NCBI GenBank assembly: GCA_010015585.1
Contig: ML975170.1
Reading direction: 5' to 3' (one strand)
DNA from: Eremomyces bilateralis CBS 781.70
Taxonomy: Eukaryota
Length of the DNA stretch: 64,000 bases
Made by a program: the position numbers and the translations under genes. Of the stretch, positions 23,711 to 36,644 are shown one piece after another. The stretch's first letter is position 1. Each line of letters starts with the position of its first letter. The notes under the pieces are model-generated. The model was not told the DNA's origin. It ran no database searches and saw nothing but the letters and a program-made list of their open reading frames with translations.

Positions 23711-24381
23711 TGTCACGGATCGGCTGAGACCAAGATGCTAATGATTCAAAAGGAGGACAGATGGGGATGTCGCATGTTGTCTATAAATGGTGGTTAAGAT
23801 ATATTGGCATTAATACGTGAGAGCTGCAGCTGACAGTATGAGGTGAGGTTGACGCACGGTGGACTATTCACACCAACAGCGTCATCCGTTACATTTAACT
23901 TTGTGACGACCATCGATCAAACAGTTCTCCAGCTTCCACACTTTTGAAGGTTGAGGTAACCTATGCTTAGCGTACACCATTGGATTGGCACTATCCATTT
24001 TCCCATCCATGTATGTGAGAATGGCTTTCGTCTAATGGTAAATCGTCCATAGAAACCAACGACTGAGCTTGGCACCTTAACGGCGGAGACGAGGTCTGTG
24101 TTGGAAGCACTGATGTGGACCATCTAAATAAGAGCATGGGATCCTGACCTCGGAACAAGGTACCGGTATTGACAATATCATGGAAAGCTGTACTATAGTG
24201 TATTTCCAACTATCAGCACGGAACGCTCAAAGGCGATTGGAAAAGAAGAAGCCCGGTTGGCCTGGAGAGCCCGCCCATCACAATAGTTCCAGGGGCACAT
24301 CCTCCTGAAACGAAATCTATATACGATGGTATTATATATGTTGGTGCCGTCTATTACTATTTTGGACCCATACTGTTCCGC

Positions 24382-26071
24382 TCAAAATTTGACCTGGAAC
24401 CTTGGACTCGTCCGTATCCGTTCTCCATATGCGAAGAAGAACCAGGTCAGAGGAACCATCGCCAAGGTAACAAACCCGAGGAGTGAGCTTCCCCACCCAA
24501 GGCCAAGAGCCTTAAACATTGGCGGTCCGGCGAGCGGCAAAAACGCGCCTCCGAGGGAACGGAAGACGGTATTCGCAGCAGTGGCGCTCGCCGCATGGGT
24601 GGTGAACGCGTCGACGAGATATGTGCTGACGGTCATCATCACCGCGATCATACCCACGCCAACGAAGCCGGTGCCTACGATAGGCATTATCCAATGGATT
24701 TCCTTCTCAATGGACCAACCGTACCAGAACAGTCCGACTGGAACAAAGGCAGCGCCTGGAATAAGAGGGGGGATGCGATATTCGGGTTTGAGCACACCCC
24801 CTTTTGCAAGCCGCTTCAGCAAGAGGTCCGAAGCGGCACCAAAAAAGAAAAGTCCAATCAGACTACCGACGCCAATCCCTAGGAATGCGAGGCCGACGGA
24901 ACCCTGAGAGAAATGGTACACGTTCTCAAACGTGGTCGAAATTGTGGTGAATAGGAGGTAGAGGATCCCATAGATGACTGCGGTGTAGGCGGAGAAAATG
25001 AATACGATCGGGGAGAGGAAGAGCATCCGCAGAGGTCGGATGATGGACAACATGAACACTTCGCGTGGAGCACGGCCATCATCCAGGGCGGATCGCAACT
25101 GTTCGTTCCCGGTTTCCTTCCTCATTTTTTGGACTTTTTGGGCGAGAAGGACCGGCGGATATGATTCACGGAGGAAGATACCGCTAAGTACCATGGAAAC
25201 GCCGCCCTTTGCATGTCGTCAGCATTTCCCCAACTCGACCGCAACCGTCAGAATGGTGTTATGCTTACTGCGATGGCCAGAACCCAAAACACCCATCTCC
25301 ATCCAATGCTTTGGGTGAGATAACCTCCAGCGACGGGGCCAATCACTGGGCCTAACAATGGGCCCATCGCCCATATGGCCATGAACTTCCCTCTTTTCTC
25401 CTGCACGATCAAATCCGCCATCGTTCCCGCACCAATGGTCAGCGGGCAACTGCCGAAAACCCCCGCGAAGAATCGCAGGGCCAATAACGTCCCCATGTTT
25501 TTGGACAACGCACAACCAACATTGAATGCAACGAAGCCGAAATTGCAGCAGTGGTACAGTGGAGATCTTCCATATAGTTCGGAGAGGGGGGCGATGAGCA
25601 GGGGACCGCACGCGTAACCAAGAATGAAAATCGAAACGGTGAAGGACCCAAGGATTGACGACTGGCTGCCGAAGGCACGCATCACGTCGGGAATTCCGGG
25701 CGCGAACATACTCGACGCGAGGGGTCTGAGGCCATTAGTCAAGAAACTCAGCAGGGCGACAGGCGGACGTACGTGAGAAATGTGATGAATGCGACGAGAA
25801 CAACAATCGGTCCCTTGCGCTTCCATGTCCAGTTCTGGGGATGTTCTGGATCCCCTTCTCCTAACCAGTCAATGACGTTTGGATCGCGGGATTCCGAAGT
25901 CTCGCAACCCTCCACCGGTATCTGCTTCTCAACATCTCCGGTTCCATTGCGGTCTTCGACAGAAGAGTTCTCCTCGGTGCGATTTTCTTGTAAATCTCTC
26001 AACTCGCCTGCTAGCTTGTCGACTGTGTGCTCTGACACAGCTTGCGAATCGTTTGTTTTGGTATCCGCCAT
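24382..26071 (-). CDS. MFS drug:H+ antiporter (DHA1 family)
   Basis: DWLGEGDPEHPQNW, PLASSMFAPG, APLSELYGRSP, GPLLGPVIGP, WRWVFW, RESYPPVLL, PEYRIPP and YGERIR; 2 introns. Confidence 0.93.
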
Positions 26072-27221
26072 CTTGTCAACTAGTGGGACTGATTCCCAGG
26101 TATGGAACAATCTAAGTCTCAAATGGATGAATCGTCGGAGGTATGGGGGTAGGTATTGACGGGATATCGATCCACCGGGGAGATAACAGAATGGAAATTG
26201 TGCTTCCCCGCATCCAATTCTCCTTCGCTCTCTAAAGAATATAATGTCACGATCAAGAGCCACCTAGAAAAGTTCCATGATTGTACTGAAGTTGTAGAAT
26301 GAAAGGACAGAAGTCCGCTTTATGTCGGGGAGAGTCCAGCGCTCGTAGGGGGTGCACAGGTACAGAATCGATATAAACGCAATTGATAAATGAAGAACAC
26401 GCCATCCCAGGTCTTAAGTTAAGATTCAAGCCACTTGCATAGTTCACCGAAGCGGCTCTTCGGCACCGATACGCGAGGGGGCGCCTATAAAGCTTGCACA
26501 ATTAAGACTCCGATATCTCTTCACAATCCTCTACATCCGCTCTAGAGTTAATGCATCAAGAGTTCAAGACCCACCACCAGGCTGGAATCCAGGGATCAGG
26601 ACCCGTTGGAGAAAAGCTTAGACAAAGAAAGACCCTGAAAGAGGGGAAATGCAGAATACTACAGGCTACAGCTTGCTGACTGCACAAGAGACCGGAACTA
26701 TGTCGCCGACGCTTAACCTAGCGACTAGCGAGGTGCCGAAAGATGTGGCCTGTGGGGAAATAAAGCGAGACTACCAGAAATGAGGAAGCTCAGAAGCGAG
26801 CCCAAGTTCCAGCTTTAGTAATTCCAAAAAACCGGCACCCCCAGTTGCGGAAAAACTTCGACATGTCCAGATTCAAACTGGCGGAGAGTCGGACGGTCGG
26901 CATAATAATACATCCTGGAAGAGTTGGGATGTTCACTGACAGGATTCAGACGCTGCCTTGCATCCCCACTCCCCGACCTATGAAGACCGAAGATATACGC
27001 TATCCCATTTCACGACGTAATTTGCGAGGTGTGATTGGCAGCCCATAAATTGATCCAAACAGATGCTCTCCAGTCCGAAGGATCCTGTATAGGGCTGCAT
27101 CTTATTCGATAAATCCTGCTTCCTTCTCCTCCCTCCTGACGACCGTTTGTTTCTCCAAACTACTAGCACGTCTCCTAGACCTCCGAATGATGCGCCGTCG
27201 TGTGTAGGCGTGCGGCAGAAC

Positions 27222-28835
27222 ATGGGCATGCGGAAACCACACACAAAATCCAGGACGGGATGTTTGCAATGTAAGAAACGCAGGATAAAGGTGAGACTTC
27301 CGTTCTTCTCTTTGTACCCTTGCGTTGATCATTGGTTGGTGGCACGTTCGTATCGAGGTCGTGGTACTGTGTCCGATATCCCGTACGGCGTACTCGTGTA
27401 ACGCTACCTGCGAGCTGCCAACGCCATATATCAAGACGTGTCCTTTATGTTCTCTTCCAAATCGATCCAACACGATTTCACCTAAGGGATGGTAGTAGAT
27501 TGATTTCAGTCGCGCGCGGCACGTCATGTGGATTCAGATAGACGGAGATCATTGGATGCATCGCTCAGCGGCTTACGGTTCACATAGTGCGACGAGAAGA
27601 AGCCGTCCTGCAGCAATTGCGACAGAAACCTCGAACGTTGTAGCCTCACCTTCATCTATTCCAGTCGTCAAGCTGCGGCGGCCCGCCCCACACCGATCTC
27701 CAGAACCAGCCATGGTGCCGCCATCAGCCCGCTCTCTTCATATGGGAGCGACGCGGCTGGGTCCTCCGATGTCGTTACGCAGGGTCACTTCCTCCCGCAG
27801 TTCTCCGTTCGCGACATGGAGCTTCTCTTCCACTTCACCAGCTCCACCTCCAAGACCCTCTCCCTGAGACGGCCGATGCAGAAGATCTACGGGACAGTGT
27901 TTCCGCGCCTGGCGTTCTCCAACCCGTTCCTCCTTCGTGCCATCCTCGCCGTGTCGGCGCTACATATGGCACGAAAAGCTCCGCCGGAGAAAGCGGAGGA
28001 GCTGCTCCGGATAGCAAGCGAGCACCAGAATATAGGACTGGCGAGCTACCGCGTCGCCATCGGTGACATCAATCAACACAGTTGCGACGCCCTGTTTGCA
28101 TTCGCTCTACTGCTGTTCGTCCATGTCTGCGCGGCTTCAGACCTCCCCGACTCCGGCCAGGAGGACATTCCAGAATCCCACCCGAATAGCGCCGGCGGAA
28201 GCGTCGTCGGGACGCCTCCCACTTCTGCGTCCGGCACGACCGATCAACCTCTTGGCGTCGAGTGGATTCGGATGGCTCGTGGTGTACGAGTGCTGTTGGA
28301 GCCCGGAAAGCAGTGGCTAATGCGCGGCCAACTCTCCATGTTTTTCAACATGCACCAGTGGAAGGACGAGATGTCCGACATCGACGACGAGATGCGCGAC
28401 GACGACGAACACTTGAAGTCCCTGGCCAAGCTCTGGGACTCGTTCGCGGAGGACCCGGATCGGGAGGAGGACGTAAGAGCATTGAATGATGCCATTTTCC
28501 AGCTCCGGTTGGCACACCAACGAATTTGGATCGCGTTGCGAGCCGTTCCGCCTGACGCCTCCATCTCTCGTATAAAGGGGGAAGATGCAGCGTCCGCGGA
28601 AGCAGCAGGCTTTACGTGGCTGTACATGCTTCCTGAGCGCTACGTGGCGCTCATAGAAGAGAAATGCCCTGAATCTCTCATCATATTAGCACATTTTGCC
28701 GTTCTACTAGGGAAGATCCCTCATCTGTGGTGGTCGGAGCGGAGGTCTACAGCTTTGGCTCTAAAAGTTAAGATTATTATGGAGCCCAGATGGTGGCCAT
28801 GGTTGGAGTGGCCCATGTCGAGGCTGAGCTTATAA
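27222..28835 (+). CDS. Zn(II)2Cys6 transcription factor, Upc2/Ecm22-like family
   Basis: RKPHTKSRTGCLQCKKRRIK|CDEKKPSCSNCDRNLERC across intron 27291-27587. Also DMELLFHFTSSTSKTL, FLLRAILAVSALH, PESLIILAHFAVLL and WLEWP. Confidence 0.9.
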
Positions 28836-29419
28836 CACTACTTAGATAATATGCTTTCAGGAGTCGAAGATGTATCGACCAGTCGAACCAGTTGCCGAGC
28901 ATGTATCCATGCGAAAGGGGACGATCTCACGCAAGACATGCAACGGGTCGTTGGTGACGTTTTAGGTATTGCACGGGGCACGCTCGTTGACTATCAATAG
29001 CCATGCTCCCGCTGGCACATTCGAGTACTACTAGAATTGTTACGCGCAAAATGATCGGGGCGGTTCGGTTAGGCCTGATTAATGGATGGCCCTTCTCAAT
29101 GGTGGCGATTCAACCAACCTATTACCTATTCGTGAATCGTGACGTCTCGATTCCTAAAGCCAGTCAAAATGGAGAGGTATTGCGATATATCTTTCAAACG
29201 TTATCCCCCAACAATGTCCGATCGGCCAATGACCTGTACGATCAAATTTAATAGATTTGATATAGATGTAGACGTAATATAGATATAGGTATCAATATCA
29301 TGAGAGGTCTCATCAGGAGATCCGAATTTATCAAAGTCAATTTATCTTTATCCCAAGGATTGCCAAAATACTCGGGTCCAATTGCTCAGTCCTGCGGGCG
29401 ACAGGAAGAAAACACAACC

Positions 29420-31399
29420 CTATGTTCCCCACGTCTCCTTTATCAAGTCTGCCGCCTTCTCAGCAATCGCATAAACCGAGCTCATGATGTTACCCTGCAC
29501 ATGTAGGGGCATGATACTGGCATCTACAACTCTCAACCCCTTGGTGCCATACACGCGCAGCGAAGTATCCACAACACCGCCTTCGCTCTCGGGTGCCATT
29601 TGGCACGTTCCAATCGGATGGTATACGGTTGAGTAGGCCTTCTTGACATATTCCCGAGCCTCCTCGACCGTCTTGGGCTTCGTTGGGAATACTCGGTTCC
29701 AGACCTTTTCGCTTCCCGGGGCACCCACATCGGCTAGGTTCGCCGCGATCGGATTGTTGGTTTCGACGGCTTGGATCATCCGAAGAACGGAATGGGCAAG
29801 CACTTCGGTATCCATATCGTTGGTGAAATAGCCTGGGTCAACGGTCGGTGCGTCGTGGGTTAACGCGGACCGGATATGGACACTGCCTCGACTGAAAGGA
29901 TGAGTGTTGCAAACAAGCATGGAGAAGCCGGAGAAAGGCAGCTCGTTGATGTAAAGTCGGCTGCAATGGTTACGATCCCGGATATCTACGGCCGAGTCGA
30001 TGTAAATGACCTGAAGAGCAGCCTCTGTAGGATCACCAAGCTGTCTTTCCATGATGCGGAGATGCTTCTGAGGGGGAACTGCGGAGCCGGGGGTTATGGT
30101 CCGGGAGAGTGTTTGAATACACTGCTCCGCATTCTCGGATCCGGAAGGTTGGAACGCGAAGTGCCATGGGGCGTATACCGTCGCGCTGACCGTCCCGGAC
30201 AGTGGGCCTTGACGAGCGGTGAGGTATGCAGTCATGAGCTGCTGCGCTATGGCGGGATCCTTCACAACGTCTCCAGTTACCACGCCTGGTTTGGTTTCCT
30301 GGGAATACGTTAGTAATCTGATTGTCTCGCATCGATCAGACTGCTGGATATACCCAGGAAACAAAAACATTGCAATGATCCTGAAGATTCTCCCCCACGT
30401 TGGGGTTATCCACCAAGCACTCGATCTCATGCTTATGAAGGAGTTCACGCTTGCCAATTCCGCTGGCTTCGAGGATCTGGGGGCTCTGTACTGTGCCACC
30501 ACACACGATGACCTCCTTCTTCACCTTGATGGTATAGGGTTTGCCGCCGGATGTGAACGAAACACCGGTTGCTCGGACCTCGCCGTCAATGTTCTTTTCG
30601 AGGAGAACTTTCTCTGCCAGCGCTTCCGTCACCACGGAAAAGTTGGGCCGATCTTTATTCGGAAGCCAGTAACCGGTGGCCGCATAGCTTCGCTCTTTCG
30701 TTTTCGGATCGATAGCCGTCAATTGATTGAACCCTCCAAGGGCACTGCCTTTCCTTGGATCATTTGGGGCCGGGAGCCCGAGTTTTTGGGCCATGGTCGG
30801 CAAGTCCCTCTTCAACCAATCGATCTCCATGTCTACGTGGCCAACCTGGATCGGCCCCGAGTCCCCTCGCAGCTTTGGATCCAAATATTCAACCTGGAGT
30901 TCCTTTGCAAGTTTTTCTGAAGGCGGATAGAACGTCTCGAATTTACGGAAGTACTTTTGCATGTCATCCCACCCCCAAGATGGGTTGCCAAGTTCAACCC
31001 AGTTGTCCAAATCTTGCTTAGAGGGATTCCCAACCATTTGCAAATTGATCATGCTACTGCCACCCAGGCCTTTGCCGCGAGGCCAACCAATGGCGGTGCC
31101 ATCTGCTGCTTTCTGATAGGGTCAGTACGGAACGCATGCCGCATTTTTGAAGACATCTCTCCACGACGTACTTGAGGAACCGTTTGAAAATTCCAGTCAA
31201 AGGCTGGGTTGTCAAACATTTTCATGGCCAGCAGCGGCGTATAAACGAGAGGGTCTTTGGTATTGTCTTTTCCGGCTTCAATTACAGCGACACTCCATTC
31301 CGGATTCTCGGACAGACGAGCAGCAACTGTAAGCCCAGCAGTGCCTCCACCGACAATCACGAAGTCAAACTCCGTGGACGTAAGTTCGTCAGGGGACAT
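29420..31399 (-). CDS. GMC oxidoreductase (AA3, no signal peptide)
   Basis: FDFVIVGGGTAGLTVAARLSE, GTVQSPQILEASGIG, VGENLQDH, PFSRGSVHI, YHPIGTCQM, LRVVDASIMP and VYAIAEKAADLI; 2 introns. Confidence 0.93.
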
Positions 31400-31446
31400 G
31401 GTTAGGGACTGACAAAGATAAACTTGCTAAAGGATGGACTAGGATT

Positions 31447-31645
31447 GTAATTGTGAGGAGGACTGAGTAATTGAGAGGGGGACTGAGTAATTGAGAGGAG
31501 GACTGAGTAATTGAGAGGAGGACTGAGTAATTGAAAAAGAGACTGAGTAATTTAGAGGGAGGCTAGGTTATTGAGGGGAGGACTGAGTAATTCAGAGGAG
31601 GACTGAGTAATTAAGAGGACTGAGCAACTGAGAGGAGGACTGAGC
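31447..31645. repeat. 20-bp minisatellite (gactgagtaattgagaggag), about 10 copies
   Basis: Units at 31461, 31481, 31501, 31521, 31541, 31561 (degenerate), 31581, 31601 (17 bp), 31618 and 31638 (partial). Confidence 0.95.
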
Positions 31646-32848
31646 GAACCAGGAGTAGAAAAGGTAGATTTGGGGAGGCGTACTTTATAATCGGGCAATG
31701 TGAGGATCCAGAAATATAAAACAGCCCATATGGCTTGGAGGGACCCTCGTCCAAAGTAGCGCTTATTTCGATCCTGATGGTAATGGCCAACATTAGCCTT
31801 GACTAGTTGTATAGCAATGTCTCTTCCTTGAACTACAAATGATCGATCACGATCCTTAGGGGATTCACTTACCAACTTACCTATCGTAGACCAGCTCGCG
31901 ACGAAGGGTAGAGGCCAGTTCCATGTCTACCGCAAGGTCTAAAAGTATTTGAGAATCGATGGAGTAGAACGAAACAAACCAATTTCAAAAACAACTAAAA
32001 TAGGACTCCCTATAACTATTAGATACTCGGTTAAACCAGACACCGCACTGTATACCGGAAGGAGAGTAATGCTATTAAGCGGATTTGTTAGAGTATCGTT
32101 GTCTGATGAACTAATCAAGTTTAGCTCTACTACCGTCTACGGTTCTCAAAATCCCGCCAGATCGGTACCATGCGCATCTTCCTCTTACCAGGGACCACTT
32201 CTCGATTTTGGCGAAATGCTTGCCATATGCCGGATCGGGAATGGTCAAACTCAAACACGTCCCTAGTCTATCATTCTGTAGCCTCAAGCCTGTATCGTAG
32301 TGGAGAGCAGCTTACGCCATACGGTAAGGCTTAGAAATAGGAGCAGAAAAAAGATATTCTTAAGTCATAGCCCGGTAAGCCCATAGCCCATAGGTGAGGT
32401 GACCATGAGATGGAAAGGTCAGAGTTCATTGCATGTGAGAGAGGCGCAAGAGATGGGAGAAGGTGACAAGGTGTGATACACAGAGTTCTAGAAACCGTAT
32501 AGAACGCTGTATGAGGGAAAGTCGATGATGATTGTAACTATATACGGAGAAGGCTGTCTGTTTTAGGTCCAGGAGAGCATCCACGTGACCATGGAATACT
32601 TGTCCATTACCGCACAAAAATGACTTCAATTGGTCTAACCATATTGGTACTAGCTCTATATCCCGGTCATGTTCCAAGTTCAAAATCAACTCGCTGCAAA
32701 GCTTCAATTGATATTGCAAATGCTCGAATTACCCGAAACACGATCCATTATCCAAAGACCTCGAACTTATCTGCCTATTCCGTCTCTACACTAGCGATTT
32801 GTTGCACGCCATTTGCGGATTTGCCCACCAACAACCTGTCCGCCGGAA

Positions 32849-33415
32849 ATGCCCCCCACTGATTCCAGCTCCTCCACCGCCCCCCCCACCCCCTCCCTCT
32901 CCTCCCTCCTCGACCTCGCCATCTCTCTCACCCTCCACTCATGGCCCGCCCTCACTCTTGCTGTCCAGCACTCCCTCGGCGGCCCCGACAGCGCCGAGAA
33001 GCGTGACTTCCTAGCCGCGACCCTCTCAGAGCTACTATTAGCGAATCCCAGCATGGACGAGGAAGACGTCGAGGACGTGCTGCTGCAGTACCTCACCGAC
33101 GAGTTTGAGATCGAGCTGGAGGATAATAGCGAGGTGGACGTCGCGTATCGGGTGGTGGCGTGGCGAGGGAAGTTGGTCGCGGGGGAGGGGGGGGCGGTGG
33201 AAGAGCTGGAGGCGGGGTATCGGGCGTGGAAGGAGAGGGGCGGGCAGAAGATCGTGGTGCATAGGGGTGCCGATGATGAGGAGAGTGAGGGCAGTGAGGA
33301 GGATGATGCGATGGATGTGGATGATCAGGAGGCTCCGGAACTCGTTCGCACGAAGCCGGTGCCGGAGGTGGATGAGGAGGGGTTCACGAAAGTCGTAGGG
33401 AAGAAAAGACGATGA
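32849..33415 (+). CDS. TSR2: Pre-rRNA-processing protein Tsr2
   Basis: WPALTLAVQHSLGGPDSAEKRDFL, DVEDVLLQYLTDEFEIELEDNS and C-terminal PEVDEEGFTKVVGKKRR. Confidence 0.92.
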   Translation: MPPTDSSSSTAPPTPSLSSLLDLAISLTLHSWPALTLAVQHSLGGPDSAEKRDFLAATLSELLLANPSMDEEDVEDVLLQYLTDEFEIELEDNSEVDVAYRVVAWRGKLVAGEGGAVEELEAGYRAWKERGGQKIVVHRGADDEESEGSEEDDAMDVDDQEAPELVRTKPVPEVDEEGFTKVVGKKRR

Positions 33416-33988
33416 AACTACTTGATACGACGTGGCACGTTGCTCTCACGGATGGAGGGAAGGCATCAATTGCAATGTTTTCTCCATAGTGGAGTTGGAG
33501 CATGAAGCTGGATCCGTTAGTCCGTCTAGCTGGATCTCCATTTCGAGGCCGATCTTCAACGGGCGACAACCGGCATAAAAGGATCAATCCAGGCACGGCT
33601 CACGAAGCAGCATGGTTAAACTATCTGTGGAGGAGCTCGTTCCAATCCACGCTTGAAACACTATACATTTGTCATGTCGAAGTTACGGAGCCATCCTTTG
33701 GTCGGCAAGGAGTGCTGGACCGCATATATTTGTTATGCAGACTATCGTACAGCGGATCGGGATCTGGCCGACGTCCCGAGTCTTCCACCGCCGCTTGGAT
33801 AGGCCATCCGCCATCATGTCTGCCGTTTAAATGCAATATCTGGCTGCCACAATGCAAGCCAACCGGCTAGTCGAGATGGACCTGGCGACGTCCATCATTT
33901 CATGTTCCATTCCGTCTTACTCATAGTCGTTTTAAAGCAACGTGCCTATCATGAGCCCTAGAGTTCCATTTCCAATCGGAGTGATGAT

Positions 33989-36644
33989 CTATGGTCGATC
34001 AACAAACATCTCCCAGTCCACAAACTCCGGATACGGATACACGGGTGCATATACCCTCGCATCGAGATCCGAAGCCGCCGGAGCTGCGCCCCGTAATGGA
34101 TGATTGGCGGACGTCCCGTCCTGCCCGTGAAAATCGCCCAAATTGTGTCCAAAATCGGAAAATCCTGCCGTCATGTTCCCGTGCAGTGGCGGTTCGGCCA
34201 TGAGGGTGTCCAGTTGATTGGAAGGCATGTCCATGAATGACGATGACACCGCCGGCATGGATGATCGGCCGGCGGTTTGCTGGAACGCCATGTTGCTTCG
34301 TTCGTGGAGAAGATGGGAGAGGGATGTGGAGGGAGCCGGATGATGTTGGTGAAAGGTGTTGCTCGGAAAATTTGGATCGCTTGGCTCCGGATTCGGTCGA
34401 AAGGGGATGAAATTCAGTGGACGTGGCATCAGAATCGTCGAGGAGGCGCCGGGAGCAATGGACGGCGGCATGGTTTCGAACTCAAACGCGTTCGACGCGG
34501 ACGAATCCCGAGGGACGAAGCCAGTTTCGGGAATCTTCGCGAAAATCGGCTGTCCGTTCGTCAGCAAGGCTACCAACAATCACAAATGCACTGCACATAC
34601 CTCCAAGCATTCAACGCAGCGACTTGCCGTCAACCCACAACCGCCCTTCATCTTGACCAGGATATTCCGCCCGCGTTCGGCGAAATCAAAGGTATCCTTG
34701 GCGGACGGATCGTGGCCGTTGGTCAATACGAACATGAGCAGGCACGCGACGGCGAAGAATGTGATATAGACCGTGAACCAATAACATCCCACTAGCAACT
34801 TACGGTCTTCCAGGGCTTGGACGAGCCATATGGCCTGCATGGCGGCCTTGGTGCACGCCGAAGCGCATGCGAACGCGCGGAGGTCGAAGTTGGGGTCGTT
34901 TCGGGACTTGGAGATATGATGAAGGAAGGGTCGATACAGCACCATCTGTACATGCGCGTAGGCGAGTCGCAGGAGCAGCTGTTGCTTGACGTGCTCGATG
35001 GGGACGTCTTGGAGCGCTCCACAGGGATACGATGGGAGTTCGGAAAACCACGCATCCAGCTCGGCTTCGACGGCAACGATTTTGGCGTAGTCGACTTTAT
35101 ATGGCCCTGGGCCAGGGACGGCCTGCATAGCTGCTGCTTGAGGCCGATGTCCGGAATGTACCGTCTTCACCACACGACTCATAATCCTCAAGAGTCGGAC
35201 ATGTGCGTTCAACGCCGTCATGGAAGAAAAGCGAGGATGATCTTGCATGGGTTGTATGGCACCACTCTCTGTGAGAAACTCATCATCGACATTGCCCGGG
35301 AGCTCTTGGTCGATATCGTCGTCGTTCAATGTGCGCGGTAACCCTAAGATGGTCGTCACGTACGTATCCATCGTCCGAATGACCCAGAAAATGCGCTTCC
35401 GAACTTCGCGGTCGATCGAACCGAACCGTTGAGACGTGGCCGAGCGATGGAGTCCCATGCGCGTGGCGGAAGACAATGCGATGCAGATATGGGTGTAGCA
35501 GTGGGAGATCATGGCCGAAGACTGCAGGTAAATGACGAAGCAGACAAGAGCTTGAAGTGACATGATATCCCGGATATCAGTGACATCAATCAGCGATTGA
35601 CCAGCCCGGTAGTACAACTCACTATATGACTGTCAGTGCGCGTCGGATAAGGGGATTTGTTACCATACGCTTGCGATGTCTGCACATGACCTTTTCCACT
35701 GCCGGGTTCAACTACATCTGCTGAGAAGAGTTCGCCGACCGCCAAAACCCCCAGCAACAGTGCTAGGAAGCGTGGTTCGTTGCCCTCGACATTTGAATTC
35801 TCGACCGGGTAATACTCCTCGAATTGGTTCTGGAAGGTTGGCCGATGAATGAATTGAAGGAGGGGGAAGGCGCATTCGAACGCTATATCGACGAGCTTCT
35901 CCGCCCGCTTCATCGGTGGAAGAACATGGGTTTTTGGCTCTGGTGGATTCGCTGGAGACGGCGAGGCAAAAGGCTGGAAGGGCTGGGGAATGGGAGACCC
36001 GTCGTCATCAATCAGTACATCACTGACTCCAGTCCCTTCACTGATCAAATCATTGCAGCGCTCGCGGATGCGTTGAAGGAGGATCAGGCCTGCGAAGTTC
36101 CCATTGTAGTCGCAATTTCCCGAGTCGTCGATGTTCAAATGGCCCGTTCCATCGACCATAGTTTCGAGGAAAGTGTTGGGAGGAACAGCATTGCTGCCGA
36201 AGCTCTGGGCACTCCTCTCGGGCCCCTCCGATTTGACCCGTTTCCCCGGCCTTACGAGCTCGAGGATGTCGCTGGATAGCTCGTCATCTGCAATGGCCTT
36301 CTCCAAGTCGACATGTGGGGACACCACGCGCACCAACGCTGTCAACCTCTCGACCGTTCTTTCAAGCTCTTGAATATACTTCAAGTCCCGTCTTTTTGAC
36401 ACTCGAGGGCTGTCAAAGCTGCATTCTGCGATCGAACATCATCAATACAACAGACTGGCCTAGGAAAAACAACGCTTGCCAGTAATGAGGAACATTACGT
36501 ACCAAGTTGATGCAGGTTACATGCTGCGCAAGGCAGCTGACCGTCGCATTTTGCCTTTCTAATACGGCAGTTGTCGCAGGCTCGAAGCACACGTTTGAGA
36601 CGCGGCCTCGTACTGGACGACTTCGCCTCAGGGGCAGAGGACAT
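33989..36644 (-). CDS. Zn(II)2Cys6 + Fungal_trans transcription factor, Asg1-like
   Basis: RVLRACDNCRIRKAKCDGQLPCAACNLHQL|ECSFD, LETMVDGTGHLNIDDSG, FIHRPTF, SLQALVCFVIYLQSS, RMGLHR, EVRKRIFWVIRTMD and QMVLYRPFLH; 3 introns. Confidence 0.9.

Noticed and set aside
27291..27587. Long (297-nt) intron splitting the Zn2Cys6 motif, as a possible snoRNA host or twintron
   Set aside because: This intron position is common in the family, and I found no convincing C/D or H/ACA boxes or nested splice sites.
31447..31645. Regular repeat array as a CRISPR
   Set aside because: The units are contiguous 20-mers without unique spacers, there are no cas genes, and the context is eukaryotic.
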